A program made the position numbers and the translations under genes. Of a DNA stretch of 64,000 nucleotides, positions 50,291 through 60,376 are shown piece after piece. Every line of letters begins with the position of its first letter. Position 1 is the stretch's first letter. Under the pieces are notes generated by a model that saw nothing but the letters and a program-made list of their open reading frames with translations, ran no database searches and was not told where the DNA came from. Source of the DNA: Dehalococcoidia bacterium (lineage in GTDB: Bacteria > Chloroflexota > Dehalococcoidia > SM23-28-2 > RBG-16-64-32); NCBI GenBank assembly GCA_963665775.2, contig CAXXTF010000002.1, positions 192,001 to 256,000 on the forward strand, given 5' to 3'.

Positions 50291-51091
50291 ATGGCTCAGC
50301 AACCCGATTATTCCCTCCTAGACCGTCCGGAGATCATCTCGATCATGTTTCACCCACGACCGGAATGGTCGAGCCCTCCCTCTGGTGCCACCGATCATCT
50401 GGTGCCTGTGGCAGAAGGCGTTGCAGTAGCCTGCCGCTTCTATCGCAACGATAAGGCAGCCCCCTCCATCCTCTACTTCCATGGCAATGGCGAGGTGGTG
50501 AGGGATCACGACTCTATCGCCCCTTTTTATCAGCGGTCGGGTCTCAACCTATTCGTCGCTGACTATCGCGGCTACGGCGCTAGCGGGGGCCTCCCCAACT
50601 TCTCAACGATGCTCTCCGACGCTCGTCGGATCTTCGAGGCCTTTCGGGAGACGCTGGTCACTGAAAGCTGTGATGCTGCTCACTTCGTCATGGGCCGCTC
50701 CCTCGGCGCACTATCGGCTGTGGAGGTGGCGGCCCATTTTGGCCGGCAGCTCCGGGGACTCATCATCGAAAGCGGCGCTGCTGGTACTAGCGGCTGGTCG
50801 CGTTTTGCTCCCTCGGACGGTGACCCCTCCGCATGGCAAGAACTGCAACGGCTGCATCTGGCGAAGGTACAATCCATCACTATTCCGGTTCTGTCCATCC
50901 ATGCTGAGCTAGATGAGCTCATTCCGTTGGCCCAGGCCGTGGAATTGCAAGAGATCATCGGGTCGAGCCAGAAGCAATTGATCGTCATCCCGGCCGCAGG
51001 CCACAACGACATCATGCATGTCGGAATGGAGCAGTACTTCACAGCTCTAAGGAAGTTCATCTTCGGGACTATGCGTGACCAAACCAGATGA
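50291..51091 (+). CDS. Alpha/beta hydrolase
   Basis: FHGNGE, DYRGYG, GRSLG, D and AGHND triad. Confidence 0.92.
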   Translation: MAQQPDYSLLDRPEIISIMFHPRPEWSSPPSGATDHLVPVAEGVAVACRFYRNDKAAPSILYFHGNGEVVRDHDSIAPFYQRSGLNLFVADYRGYGASGGLPNFSTMLSDARRIFEAFRETLVTESCDAAHFVMGRSLGALSAVEVAAHFGRQLRGLIIESGAAGTSGWSRFAPSDGDPSAWQELQRLHLAKVQSITIPVLSIHAELDELIPLAQAVELQEIIGSSQKQLIVIPAAGHNDIMHVGMEQYFTALRKFIFGTMRDQTR

Positions 51092-51105
51092 CGCCATTCC
51101 GAGCG

Positions 51106-51127
51106 CACGCTATGACCTGTGAGTGTC
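51106..51127 (-). repeat. Palindromic putative recombination site (spacer CAGGTC on - strand)
   Basis: CACGCTAT GACCTG TGAGTGTC, 14 bp after a stop codon. Confidence 0.65.
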
Positions 51128-51138
51128 ACCTAGGCCGT

Positions 51139-51174
51139 TCGGAGATGCTGCACGGGACGATGCAGCATCTCCGA
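51139..51174. repeat. Perfect 14-bp inverted repeat
   Basis: TCGGAGATGCTGCA-N8-TGCAGCATCTCCGA. Confidence 0.85.
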
Positions 51175-51199
51175 GAATCACTGCCAAGGAGCCTCGCTC

Positions 51200-51285
51200 A
51201 TGCCTAATAAAGATCTCGAGAAACGCCTCTGGGACGCGGCCGATGAGTTGCTCGCAAACTCGAAGCTGAAGCGACTAAGTACGTT
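51200..51285 (+). pseudogene. hsdM: Type I R-M HsdM N-terminal remnant
   Basis: AAGGAG RBS, DLEKRLWDAADELLANSKLK, then similarity lost. Confidence 0.7.
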
Positions 51286-51507
51286 CTACGGCACAGGCTC
51301 CAGAATGACGACTGGGATCTCGCGCTTGGTGCGCGCCTGTCCGGTTCTGCGCCCTGGCGTGGATAGAAGCAGCCTCTGGATGGGTTCCGGACCGCTGGCG
51401 AAGGTGAAATCCCACATATGACCGTCGGTGCCGTCGCTCTCGAGATAGCGGGTGACGTGGTCCTTGACCCAGTCGCGGAGCAGAGTGGGAACGGAAGATT
51501 CAGGCAT
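51286..51507 (-). pseudogene. Deazaflavin-dependent nitroreductase (DDN-like) with internal deletion
   Basis: DWVKDHVTRYLESDG..LLLSTPGRRTGQART joined directly to KREIPVVILEP. Confidence 0.75.
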
Positions 51508-51533
51508 CCGCTGCTTCCTTTCGGTCGGCGAGG

Positions 51534-54146
51534 CTAAGCCGTGGATCTGTCTGCGAACCACGACGCCAGCTGGGTCTGGTTCGTCTCAATCCACTTCACG
51601 TTCAGCCGGATGCGCTCCAGCGATTGCCAGACGGTCCTCTTCGCGGCGGGGACTGGGTGAGCCTCGAAGAACTCCTCGACCTCCTGAGCACGCTTCAATG
51701 TAGCGAAATCACCCGTGATGGCAACCAATCGCATGATTGCGAAGCCACCGCGGGCGTACCGTCGATCTAGCTCCGCCCAATTGTCCTTAGCCCACTGCCA
51801 CGTCAGATCGCGTCCGTGCCGGTTCGCGGCGGCCGACACGACCACCATCGGGGTATCCTGCGAGCGCACTTCGGGCGAGAGGGAGCGTTCCAGTGTCTCC
51901 TGGATCAACTCCGGTTGCCGGAAACGGGTGAGCGCCCCCAGGAGCCGCATGCGCTCCTCATGCAGGTTCGCCCGCTTCTCCAAATCCCATAGCCTATCGT
52001 AGGTGGAGCGGTCTCCCTGTTCGGCCGCCAGGTTGTATACCGTGCCCCGAATGTCCGGATGCAGGGAGCCGAAATCTCCGGTCAGCCGTGCGAAGCGCTT
52101 TTCGGCTTCAACCAGGATGTCACGGTCGCCGTAGGAGCCCGCTTGCCCTAGCACCGTGCTCCGTAGCAGGGAGTCCAGGTGCAGCTCTCCCGGCCGGGCA
52201 TCCCAGCCCACGCGCTGGATAATCCCGCTAAAGAGCGACCGGGCGAAGGCGTTAAACCGGGACAGGAATGGGGCATCGAGCAACAACGCCTCCAGTGAGC
52301 GCAGATTGCCCGATAGGTCGCTCCATACCGAGACGTCGTTCTCGTCCGTGTATGCCTCAATCAGCGAGAGATAGATTATGGCGGGAATGAAGCCGGCCCG
52401 CATGAGGGCGAAGGCATCGTTCTGGAGCCCGAGACGATCGGCGGCCGGCAGTTCCAGCGTCTTCACGGCCGAGCCCAGCCTATCCCACTCAGCCGGCGAA
52501 TAGTTCACGCGGAAGAAGCCGGTCTCCCCGGCGTTCACCTTGATCCAGTCCAGAGGATGTGAAGGCGGGTCGTTGCGCAGGCTCACCGATGCCCGCGGCC
52601 CGTCCATCAGCTGGGCGGCTGTCTCCGCTGAACGCGCCGTGATGACGCTGATCGGGACCTGCCAGGTAGTCTGGTCTTCGTCATCCTCGCTGAGGAGATG
52701 ATCATAGAGGAAGCGGCGCTGGGACAGGTTCAGACGCACCTCGGAGTCGCCTCGCTCGGCTTCGACTTGAAGCAGGGGGTAACCAGTCTGCTTGACCCAT
52801 GAGTCCATTATGGCGGTGACCGGCCTGGCAGAGGCTGCCTCCAGGGCGGCCCAGAGGTGCTCAGTCCGGGCGTTGGCATACTGGTGGGCGGCGAGGTAGG
52901 CGCGAAGTCCGTCGCGGAACGTTTCAGCACCCAGCATCTCCTCCAGCATGTGCAGGATGGCAGCCCCTTTTCGGTAGCTGATGGCATCGAACAGCTCTCG
53001 GATCTCGGCCGGATTTCGCACCTTGGCTTCGATGGGATGGGAGGCCCGAAGGCCGTCCAGGTTCAGCCCGACGTTGGTGTCCTCGTAGATGAACTGGGTC
53101 CACATGTGCCAATCGCGGAACAGATGATCGACGGCCTTGGTGCCCATCCAGGAGGCGAAGCTCTCATTTAGCCACAGGTCATCCCACCACTCCATGGTAA
53201 CCAGATCGCCGAACCACATATGCGCCATCTCGTGCGCTACCACTTCGGCGATGCGCTGGCGGGTGTTGGCGGCCGAGTTCGCGGGATCATACAGGAGAGC
53301 CGTCTCCCGATAGGTAATCGCGCCCCAGTTCTCCATCGCGCCAGAGGCGAAGTCCGGGATAGCGATGTGGTCTAGCTTGGACAGCGGGTAGACGATGCCG
53401 AAGTAGTCGTTGAGGTAGGCGAGCAGTCCGACTGAGGTCTCCAGGGCGAACCGTCCCTGCTCCTCACTGCCGCGGGTTGCCCATACCCTTACCACAGTGC
53501 CGTTCGCTGCTGTCGACTCCACCGAGGCGAAGTCCCCGACGATGAAGGCCAGAAGATAGGTTGACATCTTGGGCGTCTGAGCGAAGCGGACCGCCTTCAT
53601 GCCGCTTGGCAGGGGGGTCTCCCCCTCCACATTCGTATTCGAGATTGCGGCCAGATCGGCTGGGACGATCAGAGTCACGTCAAAGATCGCCTTGATGTCT
53701 GGCTCATCCCAGCACGGGAACGCGCGACGGGCATCCGTCGCCTCGAACTGAGTCGTCGCTATGAGGCGCTGCTGGCCCTGGCCGTCCGCATACTGACTCC
53801 GGTAAAACCCCCGGAGCTGGTCGTTGAGCGTGCCGCTGAACTGGATACTGAGCTTGGCGTCTCCCCTGGGAATCGTGTCGCTAAAGGAGAAGCTGACGGT
53901 CTCGTGGGTTTCGTCCAGGTCGATGCTTGTGGCTGACTGCGTTACGCCTCCTGTGGGGACGATCTGCGCGCCGGCGATCTGGAGCTCCGCCGCGTTGATC
54001 GTGATCTGAGTGGTGGGGGCTGCCACCTCTATGTCTATGATCTCCTCGCCCTTGAAGGAGAACCCTTTCAGATCCACAGTGAGAGTGAGGCTGTATCTTG
54101 TGGGGCGTGCGTCTGAGGGCAGCCGAAAGGGAGAGGGTGTGGCCAT
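51534..54146 (-). CDS. M1 family zinc aminopeptidase (puromycin-sensitive/PepN-like)
   Basis: TQFEATDARRAFPCWDEP, GAMENWG, HEMAH..WLNES, ERAP1-like C-terminus. Confidence 0.96.
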   Translation of the reverse strand: MATPSPFRLPSDARPTRYSLTLTVDLKGFSFKGEEIIDIEVAAPTTQITINAAELQIAGAQIVPTGGVTQSATSIDLDETHETVSFSFSDTIPRGDAKLSIQFSGTLNDQLRGFYRSQYADGQGQQRLIATTQFEATDARRAFPCWDEPDIKAIFDVTLIVPADLAAISNTNVEGETPLPSGMKAVRFAQTPKMSTYLLAFIVGDFASVESTAANGTVVRVWATRGSEEQGRFALETSVGLLAYLNDYFGIVYPLSKLDHIAIPDFASGAMENWGAITYRETALLYDPANSAANTRQRIAEVVAHEMAHMWFGDLVTMEWWDDLWLNESFASWMGTKAVDHLFRDWHMWTQFIYEDTNVGLNLDGLRASHPIEAKVRNPAEIRELFDAISYRKGAAILHMLEEMLGAETFRDGLRAYLAAHQYANARTEHLWAALEAASARPVTAIMDSWVKQTGYPLLQVEAERGDSEVRLNLSQRRFLYDHLLSEDDEDQTTWQVPISVITARSAETAAQLMDGPRASVSLRNDPPSHPLDWIKVNAGETGFFRVNYSPAEWDRLGSAVKTLELPAADRLGLQNDAFALMRAGFIPAIIYLSLIEAYTDENDVSVWSDLSGNLRSLEALLLDAPFLSRFNAFARSLFSGIIQRVGWDARPGELHLDSLLRSTVLGQAGSYGDRDILVEAEKRFARLTGDFGSLHPDIRGTVYNLAAEQGDRSTYDRLWDLEKRANLHEERMRLLGALTRFRQPELIQETLERSLSPEVRSQDTPMVVVSAAANRHGRDLTWQWAKDNWAELDRRYARGGFAIMRLVAITGDFATLKRAQEVEEFFEAHPVPAAKRTVWQSLERIRLNVKWIETNQTQLASWFADRSTA

Positions 54147-54502
54147 AGGTTATCTTCCCTTAACTATACCGGTCATGCGAGAGGTAGTAGCCCGGGCCGC
54201 CGTGCGCGGACCCACCGCCTCGTGGGCTTTGTGCATCCTTGCGGCCCTCTCGGGTGCCTATGTTTCTAGCAGGCAGATTATATAGCGCCCCTCCGAAGCT
54301 GAGTCAATGGCGTGTCCCGACTCCTGCCACCGGTACATGTTGTACGTCGTGGGGCAGCTATTCCCTATCCAAAGTCAGGAATCCCTCTTAGCTCCAACGC
54401 AGCACCTGCCATGGCTGAAGCCAAAGATATGCGAAAGTGAGGCGGATCAAGTGGGTATAGACTATCCCGATTCCTGCCTTCATCGCTCGGTCGCGTACGA
54501 TG

Positions 54503-54520
54503 CACTATCCACACATAGTG
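54503..54520 (+). repeat. Palindromic putative recombination site (spacer CCACAC)
   Basis: CACTAT CCACAC ATAGTG. Confidence 0.8.
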
Positions 54521-54582
54521 TTGCTTCGGCGGTGAGCTGACCAGACTCGTCGGCGGCCTCGGAGGGTTTCTGGCTCTGAGCC

Positions 54583-55452
54583 TTAGCCGTCCGCTAAGAA
54601 CGCCTCCACTACCTCCAAGAAGCGGTCCAGCTGTTCGTGGTGGACCCAGTGACCAGCGCCCTCGATAACTGCCGAGCGATAGAAGGGGAGTGCGCGGGCT
54701 CTTGCCTGCCACTCCGGATGAGCGGACCAGCTCTCGCCTCCAGCTACGAGCAGCACGGGCGCTCGAATGTTGGCCCAAAGCTCCTCGCCCCCGTCAGGGT
54801 GCAGACCGCCTGCGACGAGGTAGTTATCAAACTTCCACGAGTAGGTGCCGTCTTCGTTTTTCCGGATGCCATGAAGGGCCAAATGGCGAGCGATACCGGG
54901 GCTGACTCGCGGGTTCACCTCAATTATTCGGCGAGTAGCTTCCTCTACGGAAACATGCCTGCGCAATCGTCGTCGCTCCCCGTGGCGCCTGCTGTCGATC
55001 CAATGCCGCATTCGTGCAGGGGGAGCCATGCCGTCCGGGCTGTGAGCGACCACGGGAGGGCCGAGTCCCTCGACCGCTATCACTTTCGACACTCTCTCCG
55101 GAAATACTCCGGCATACTGCAGGGCGATATTTCCGCCGCGGGAGTAACCCATGATGGCAAGTGAACCCTCAATCGTTTCCGCTAGAGTCGCAATGTCCAA
55201 GACAAAATCAGGTGTCCCGTAGGAGCCATCTGTAACCCACTCACTATCGCCATGACCCCTAAGATCGGGAGCGTAGATCGTATAGCGGTTCTTGAGCGTC
55301 CGCGCCACGAAATCCCAGCTTCTGCAGTGCTCCCTGCTGCCATGGATAAGCAGGAGCGGAGGGCCGCCGCTTTCACGCCATACCACGTAGTGCAGCCGGA
55401 GCCGCTGAGATTCATAGAAGTGCGACTCGGGCTCATCGAGGCCGAAGCGCAT
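54583..55452 (-). CDS. Alpha/beta hydrolase
   Basis: LIHG, DLRGHGDS, GYSRG, AGHWVHH. Confidence 0.92.
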   Translation of the reverse strand: MRFGLDEPESHFYESQRLRLHYVVWRESGGPPLLLIHGSREHCRSWDFVARTLKNRYTIYAPDLRGHGDSEWVTDGSYGTPDFVLDIATLAETIEGSLAIMGYSRGGNIALQYAGVFPERVSKVIAVEGLGPPVVAHSPDGMAPPARMRHWIDSRRHGERRRLRRHVSVEEATRRIIEVNPRVSPGIARHLALHGIRKNEDGTYSWKFDNYLVAGGLHPDGGEELWANIRAPVLLVAGGESWSAHPEWQARARALPFYRSAVIEGAGHWVHHEQLDRFLEVVEAFLADG

Positions 55453-55526
55453 GGAATGTCACCCTAATCTTCATGTCATCATATTGATGGAAACGTCTGG
55501 GGTGGAGAATAACATATCTGGGGGGA

Positions 55527-55544
55527 GGCTATGCAGACATAGTG
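55527..55544 (+). repeat. Palindromic putative recombination site (spacer GCAGAC)
   Basis: GGCTAT GCAGAC ATAGTG. Confidence 0.7.
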
Positions 55545-55744
55545 GTCCCGGCTAACAGGCGGCGGCTCAGGAAAACGGTCCGTCTTTCCAGGGACAGCGA
55601 CACACTATCCGGTTGAAATGTAGCTGGGGCCTCCATGCCTAAACGATTGGCGGCCACTAAGACTAGATGCCGACTATGGGCGATTTCCGAACGTAGGGAG
55701 CGTGATCGCTACCGCGCCTCACGCTTCCCCCGAAGCGCGCCACA

Positions 55745-56950
55745 CTACGCCACCAGTCCCCGGTCCATCAACTCTCTGATCTGTCCCTCTGTATAGCCGA
55801 TCTCCGCCAACACCCCGGCAGTGTGCTGGCCTACCTCGGGGGCCGGAGTGGGAGTCGGGAAGGCCTGGCCAGCGACTTTTATCGGAGTGGCCACCATCTT
55901 TAGCTGGCCGATGCCGGGCCGTCGCTGGTCTACGATCATCTCTCTGGCCTTGAAGAGCTCAGTGTTTTCGACCTCGTCCCGCGGATAGTACGGTGCCCCG
56001 GCGATGTTGTAGTCGACAAAGATCTCCGTCCACTCTTCCCTCGTCCTCGTGCGAAACACTTTGACCAGTTCTTCGCGCAGCTCACCATCGGCGGAGGCCA
56101 GCTCCATGCGGCTCGCGCTCCAATCACCCCGACTGGCTAGGTCCGGCCGCCCCACGACCTCACAGAAATGCTCCCAGAAGTGCTGCTCGATGGACTGAAG
56201 CAGGATCCACCCGTCGTCTTTCGTCTGGTAGTATCCGGCCTTGGCCGATCGTCCTGCCTTCGAAGCGGGCGAGCCGAGATCCGCGCCGTTCAGGACCGGG
56301 AGCATCTCCAGCCCAAGGGCCATGAGGGTTGAGTCAGCGCAGGAGATGTCGAGGTAGGCGCCCTCCCCGGCGTCCCGGGCCTGGATGAGCGCTGCACATA
56401 TGCCGAGCGCCGCCATCCAGCCACCGTAGATACCGCCGCGGGGATACGAGGAGGTCGGGCGGTCCTGGACGGCACCATCGTCCCCGGAGGAGGGCGGAGG
56501 GGCCATGCCGGTAACGGCATCGAAGCCGCCGCCATGGCTGGCCAGCTGGGCGAAGGGTCCGGTCTGGCCGAATCCGGTTACCGAGCAGTAGACGATCCTG
56601 GGATTGACGAGGCTAATCCGGTCATAGCCCAGACCGAGCTTGGCCAGTGCGTCAGGCCTAGCGCTTTCCACGAATACATCGCAGCTGCTGGCAAGATCGT
56701 AGACGACCTGCCGCCCCTCATCCGTCCGGAAATCGACGGCGATATCGCGCTTGTTCCGGTTGAAGCAGAGGAACGAACGCATCATTCCGGCCAGCTCGCC
56801 GGTGCCGCTTCCGGTTCTCATGTAATCGCCGATCGTGGGCTCCTCAACCTTGATCACGTCGGCGCCCATATCGGCGAGAAGCATCGTCGCTAGGGGACCG
56901 GGCAACAGTCGCGAGAGATCAAGAACCTTGATCCGATTGAGCAGACGCAC
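55745..56950 (-). CDS. Family III (CaiB/BaiF, AMACR-like) CoA-transferase
   Basis: LDLSRLLPGP, LADMGADVIKVE, NRNKR, TGFGQTGP, APEVGQHT. Confidence 0.9.
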   Translation of the reverse strand: MRLLNRIKVLDLSRLLPGPLATMLLADMGADVIKVEEPTIGDYMRTGSGTGELAGMMRSFLCFNRNKRDIAVDFRTDEGRQVVYDLASSCDVFVESARPDALAKLGLGYDRISLVNPRIVYCSVTGFGQTGPFAQLASHGGGFDAVTGMAPPPSSGDDGAVQDRPTSSYPRGGIYGGWMAALGICAALIQARDAGEGAYLDISCADSTLMALGLEMLPVLNGADLGSPASKAGRSAKAGYYQTKDDGWILLQSIEQHFWEHFCEVVGRPDLASRGDWSASRMELASADGELREELVKVFRTRTREEWTEIFVDYNIAGAPYYPRDEVENTELFKAREMIVDQRRPGIGQLKMVATPIKVAGQAFPTPTPAPEVGQHTAGVLAEIGYTEGQIRELMDRGLVA

Positions 56951-57169
56951 AGGTGACCTCCTTGGTTCATCACGGCAAGGCAGAGTGCAGCGAAATCGTA
57001 CCGGCGCCTCGGTGGCAGGCCAACGGACGTCGATAGCGCAGCCCCCCGGCGTCCGGCGCGATGACCATGCGGACGCACCGCACGTTCGAGCCGATGCGCC
57101 GAGAATATGCTAGGTATGGTGACCTGTCAACCGAAGCCTGCTTGGAGCGGCAGAGCCTGGCTGTTACCA

Positions 57170-57187
57170 CACGATGAAGTCATAGTG
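57170..57187 (+). repeat. Palindromic putative recombination site (spacer GAAGTC)
   Basis: CACGAT GAAGTC ATAGTG. Confidence 0.75.
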
Positions 57188-57276
57188 CGGGCCTCGGCCC
57201 CGCCATACTAATTCAGCGTTGAGGATCGCTATCAAGCCATGTATGATGGCCTCGACACTCGAACAAGGCACTGGCC

Positions 57277-58014
57277 ATGAATGCCCGCAGTCCGCTGACC
57301 GCAGCTGTTTTAGCGCTAATACTTATTGTTATTGGGGCTTGTGGGGGTAGCGAAAGGGCAGCTACGATCCTGCCAACGGCAACGCCGGTCGAAACCAGCA
57401 CGGCTCCAGCTGAGCCAACAGCCAACCCCAAGACCTCTAGCCCCGCTGCAACTGCTGTCGAAGGTGATGAGCTTGTTGAGCGGCTACCGGAGGCACTCCT
57501 AGCTTTGGAGGATATGCCGGCAGGGTGGACAGTGAGGGTGATAGTCGACGATGAAGAGGACGACGGCTCGACCATTTGCGGCGTGGCCTCCGGGCAGTTC
57601 TCCAGAGACGCATTCGCACGTTTCACTGCCGATTTCCAGAAAGCTGAGTTCGGGCCTTTCTTGGATCAAGTGGTCGATTACTTTCCAGAGGGCGAGGCGG
57701 AGCGGGTCATGGCGGAGTTCAGTGATGCCTTTCGCTCGTGTACTGAATGGACTGTGATCGAAGAGGATGGGACGGAAACCACCTGGCGGCTCGGTCCCCT
57801 ATCGTTTCCCAAGATCGGTGATGAGACGTTCGCATTCCGAATGTCCACGGTGACGTTCCTCGGCGCTGTGGAATTGGATTTCATTACTTGGCGACGGCAG
57901 GACATTGTTGTCGTGATAGCGCATACTAGCATCGGATTTGAGGGCATCGATGGAGAACAAACCGAGGCATTCGTGCGGCGCGCAGACGAGAAGTTGAGAG
58001 CTTTCTTGGATTAG
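57277..58014 (+). CDS. Lipoprotein (PknH-like extracellular sensor domain)
   Basis: Lipobox IGAC, LL.LEDMPAGW, two Cys, P.IGDET. Confidence 0.7.
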   Translation: MNARSPLTAAVLALILIVIGACGGSERAATILPTATPVETSTAPAEPTANPKTSSPAATAVEGDELVERLPEALLALEDMPAGWTVRVIVDDEEDDGSTICGVASGQFSRDAFARFTADFQKAEFGPFLDQVVDYFPEGEAERVMAEFSDAFRSCTEWTVIEEDGTETTWRLGPLSFPKIGDETFAFRMSTVTFLGAVELDFITWRRQDIVVVIAHTSIGFEGIDGEQTEAFVRRADEKLRAFLD

Positions 58015-58103
58015 GCGCCGCAGCGTTCCTCACCTCGTCTGGACATCAGCTTTCCCTCTGTTGCGGCCCCGCCGCCGTGTCGCAGCATGGAGTTTGAATG
58101 GGC

Positions 58104-58127
58104 CCCCACGATCGACACATCGTGGGG
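58104..58127 (+). repeat. Palindromic putative recombination site (spacer CGACAC)
   Basis: CCCCACGAT CGACAC ATCGTGGGG, perfect 9-bp arms, between convergent genes. Confidence 0.8.
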
Positions 58128-58205
58128 TTACCACACGGCGCGAGCCAGGCCGGATGACATCCCTCGGCCGGCCACGCCAGGTCTGCGGCGTTACGCGCTT
58201 GCTGA

Positions 58206-59360
58206 TTATTGCCACAGTGCTAGGAGCGTCTGTTCCAGCTCCACCTTTTCCCGCCGATAACGCTTGGAGGGGGGCTCCAGCGTTACTCTGGGGCCCGGCA
58301 TGCCGTAGAAGTTCCCCGAGGCATATGCGGCCATACCGTCGCCCACCTCTACATAGCAGAAGCCATGGCCCGTGAACCGGGTTGCGGTGCTCTCTCCTGC
58401 GATCTCTGCCGCTACGTTCGCCGCCACCACGCGGGCCTCCTCGTCCGCAAACACTCCGGCCTTGGGAAGGTACATGCCGATCGGCAATCTGACAGCCGTC
58501 ACGTCGCCGATGGCGAAGACCCCAGAGTAGCGCGTCTGGAGGGTTGTCGGGTCAACGGGGACCCAGCCTGAAGCGTCGACGAGCCCGCTCTCTCGCACCG
58601 CCGCCGGCGCGATGTGTGGCGGCACGCCCACCAGCAGGTCGAAGGAGGTGTCGTCTAACTCGAATAGAATCCTTCTGGAGGCGGGATCTATCTTCATCGG
58701 AATCTGCTCCCAGTGAAGCTCAATGTCCCGCTCTTCAAGCATCTCGATGAGGGCGGTTCCGAGATTGGCGCCGGCTACGAGCATCGGCTGGTCCTCGGGG
58801 GTGTAGAGGGCGATCTCTGTCCGCTGCCGGACACCCCGGTGGCGAAGGAGCGATTCAATGAGGAAGGCCGCTTCATAGGGCGCGGACGGGCAAGAGAAGG
58901 GGGTTCTGCTTACGAGGACGACGATGCGACCGCCGTTGAACTCGTTGAGCGTTCGCTGTATCTGCAGGGCGCCATCGCTCTCGTATAAATTGAGCGCCGA
59001 TTCCGCGAAGCCTGGAACCGCCTGGGGATTCGTCTCGGTCCCCAGGGCCAGGATGATATAGTCGCCCTCCAGGGTGCCGGCTGTGGTCTGCACGGTCTTG
59101 GCAGCCGGGTCTATCGCCTGAATCTCCGCCTGAACCACTTCGATGCCGGTGCTCGCCAACCGTGATAGCTCGCGTTCTCCGTCCCTCGGATCCTTCCTCT
59201 CCCCTGTCATGACCCATAGGTTGGACATGCAGAGCGAGAAGGCGTGCCTCCTTTCGATCACCACTATGCGGTGCTCGGCCGGCGATAGCCTTCGCAGGTG
59301 GCTGGCCGCCGTCAGGCCACCGATGCCGCCGCCCAAGACTAGTATCGTTTTCCTGCTCAT
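58206..59360 (-). CDS. FAD-dependent oxidoreductase (sulfide:quinone oxidoreductase-like)
   Basis: LGGGIGG, CPSAPYE, FAIGD, PKAGVFA, GFCYVE; start re-called to ATG 59360. Confidence 0.88.
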   Translation of the reverse strand: MSRKTILVLGGGIGGLTAASHLRRLSPAEHRIVVIERRHAFSLCMSNLWVMTGERKDPRDGERELSRLASTGIEVVQAEIQAIDPAAKTVQTTAGTLEGDYIILALGTETNPQAVPGFAESALNLYESDGALQIQRTLNEFNGGRIVVLVSRTPFSCPSAPYEAAFLIESLLRHRGVRQRTEIALYTPEDQPMLVAGANLGTALIEMLEERDIELHWEQIPMKIDPASRRILFELDDTSFDLLVGVPPHIAPAAVRESGLVDASGWVPVDPTTLQTRYSGVFAIGDVTAVRLPIGMYLPKAGVFADEEARVVAANVAAEIAGESTATRFTGHGFCYVEVGDGMAAYASGNFYGMPGPRVTLEPPSKRYRREKVELEQTLLALWQ

Positions 59361-59370
59361 TGCCGCCTCC

Positions 59371-59694
59371 CTAGCCGAAGGTGAGGACGCGGTCCGCCTC
59401 CTCCGTAAGTCGCACCAGGTCATCCATAGTGGACATGGGACACACGGCGCTTGCGTCCATCTGACGCAGGCGCAGGCACGTGCCACAGCTCAGGGCGACG
59501 CCCCCCAGCTCGTCGAAGCGCAGCAGCAGCCTTTGGACATCCATGCGTTCGTCCCCGATGCCCTCTATCTCGACGGCCGGTCCCAGGAGGAAGACGTTCG
59601 CCTCATGGCCGCGAGACAGGGCGGCCGAACCGAAGCGAAGGGCGTTCCACACCGTCTCAGTTTCGGTCGTATTGATCACCAGCAGGTACTTCAT
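59371..59694 (-). CDS. DsrE-family protein
   Basis: WNALRF, VFLLGPAVE, CGTC..R, ADRVLTF. Confidence 0.85.
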   Translation of the reverse strand: MKYLLVINTTETETVWNALRFGSAALSRGHEANVFLLGPAVEIEGIGDERMDVQRLLLRFDELGGVALSCGTCLRLRQMDASAVCPMSTMDDLVRLTEEADRVLTFG

Positions 59695-59895
59695 GGCACC
59701 TCTCCCTTCGCGCTGGCGGACCAGCCCCTGCAATAGAGCAAATCGACCTTCATGTTCACCTCCATAAGTTTAGGTATACCGCTACCATGATATCCCTATG
59801 GCAAGGCTGCTGTGACCAATCCGTGACGTGTCGCTTGACGAGCCGAGGGGCGATAGCCTAATTTACGCATCGACTTCTCAACTAATTTGGGGGGT

Positions 59896-60084
59896 ATGTC
59901 TCTTATGGGCAAGATGGTCGAATGCAACAAGGTGAACCCAGCCAGCGGCTGCAGCGACGTCGTTCGCGGTGAGACTGAGGAGGAGCTCCTGAAGAACGCG
60001 GCGGAGCACGCGAAGGAGCACGGGCTCGTAGAGGTAACGCCAGAGCTTATGGAGAAGATGAAGGCCAACATCGAGAAAGAGTAA
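59896..60084 (+). CDS. DUF1059 small metal-binding protein
   Basis: C...GC...RGETEEEL....EHA..HG. Confidence 0.8.
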   Translation: MSLMGKMVECNKVNPASGCSDVVRGETEEELLKNAAEHAKEHGLVEVTPELMEKMKANIEKE

Positions 60085-60220
60085 CACCCGCGAGCCGCTC
60101 GGGCTCCCGAAAATCCCAACGCTATCAAACCTATGTTAGCGCCCGCCTGGTATGTCACGGCAGGCTGGTTAAGTCAGCCACCACGGCCTGGCTAATTTCA
60201 ACGATAAAGAGGGGATGGCT

Positions 60221-60238
60221 TACCATTCAGCCATAGCG
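60221..60238 (+). repeat. Palindromic putative recombination site (spacer TCAGCC)
   Basis: TACCAT TCAGCC ATAGCG. Confidence 0.75.
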
Positions 60239-60376
60239 TGCGGTCCGGCTGACACTGCTTACAGTGAGCATGCTGCGCGAGACAGAACGAGGGAGCCTGT
60301 GACCTTTGACGGGTGCCTCAGGCAGGACTAGACTTGCCTCACGGCAGGGCCGCGCCGAGAAATTAGGAGGTACTCA

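Noticed and set aside
51271-51290. Half-site GACTAA-GTACGT at the hsdM break
   Set aside because: A 1-bp frameshift reads ATKY, similar to the normal HsdM continuation, and no right arm exists.
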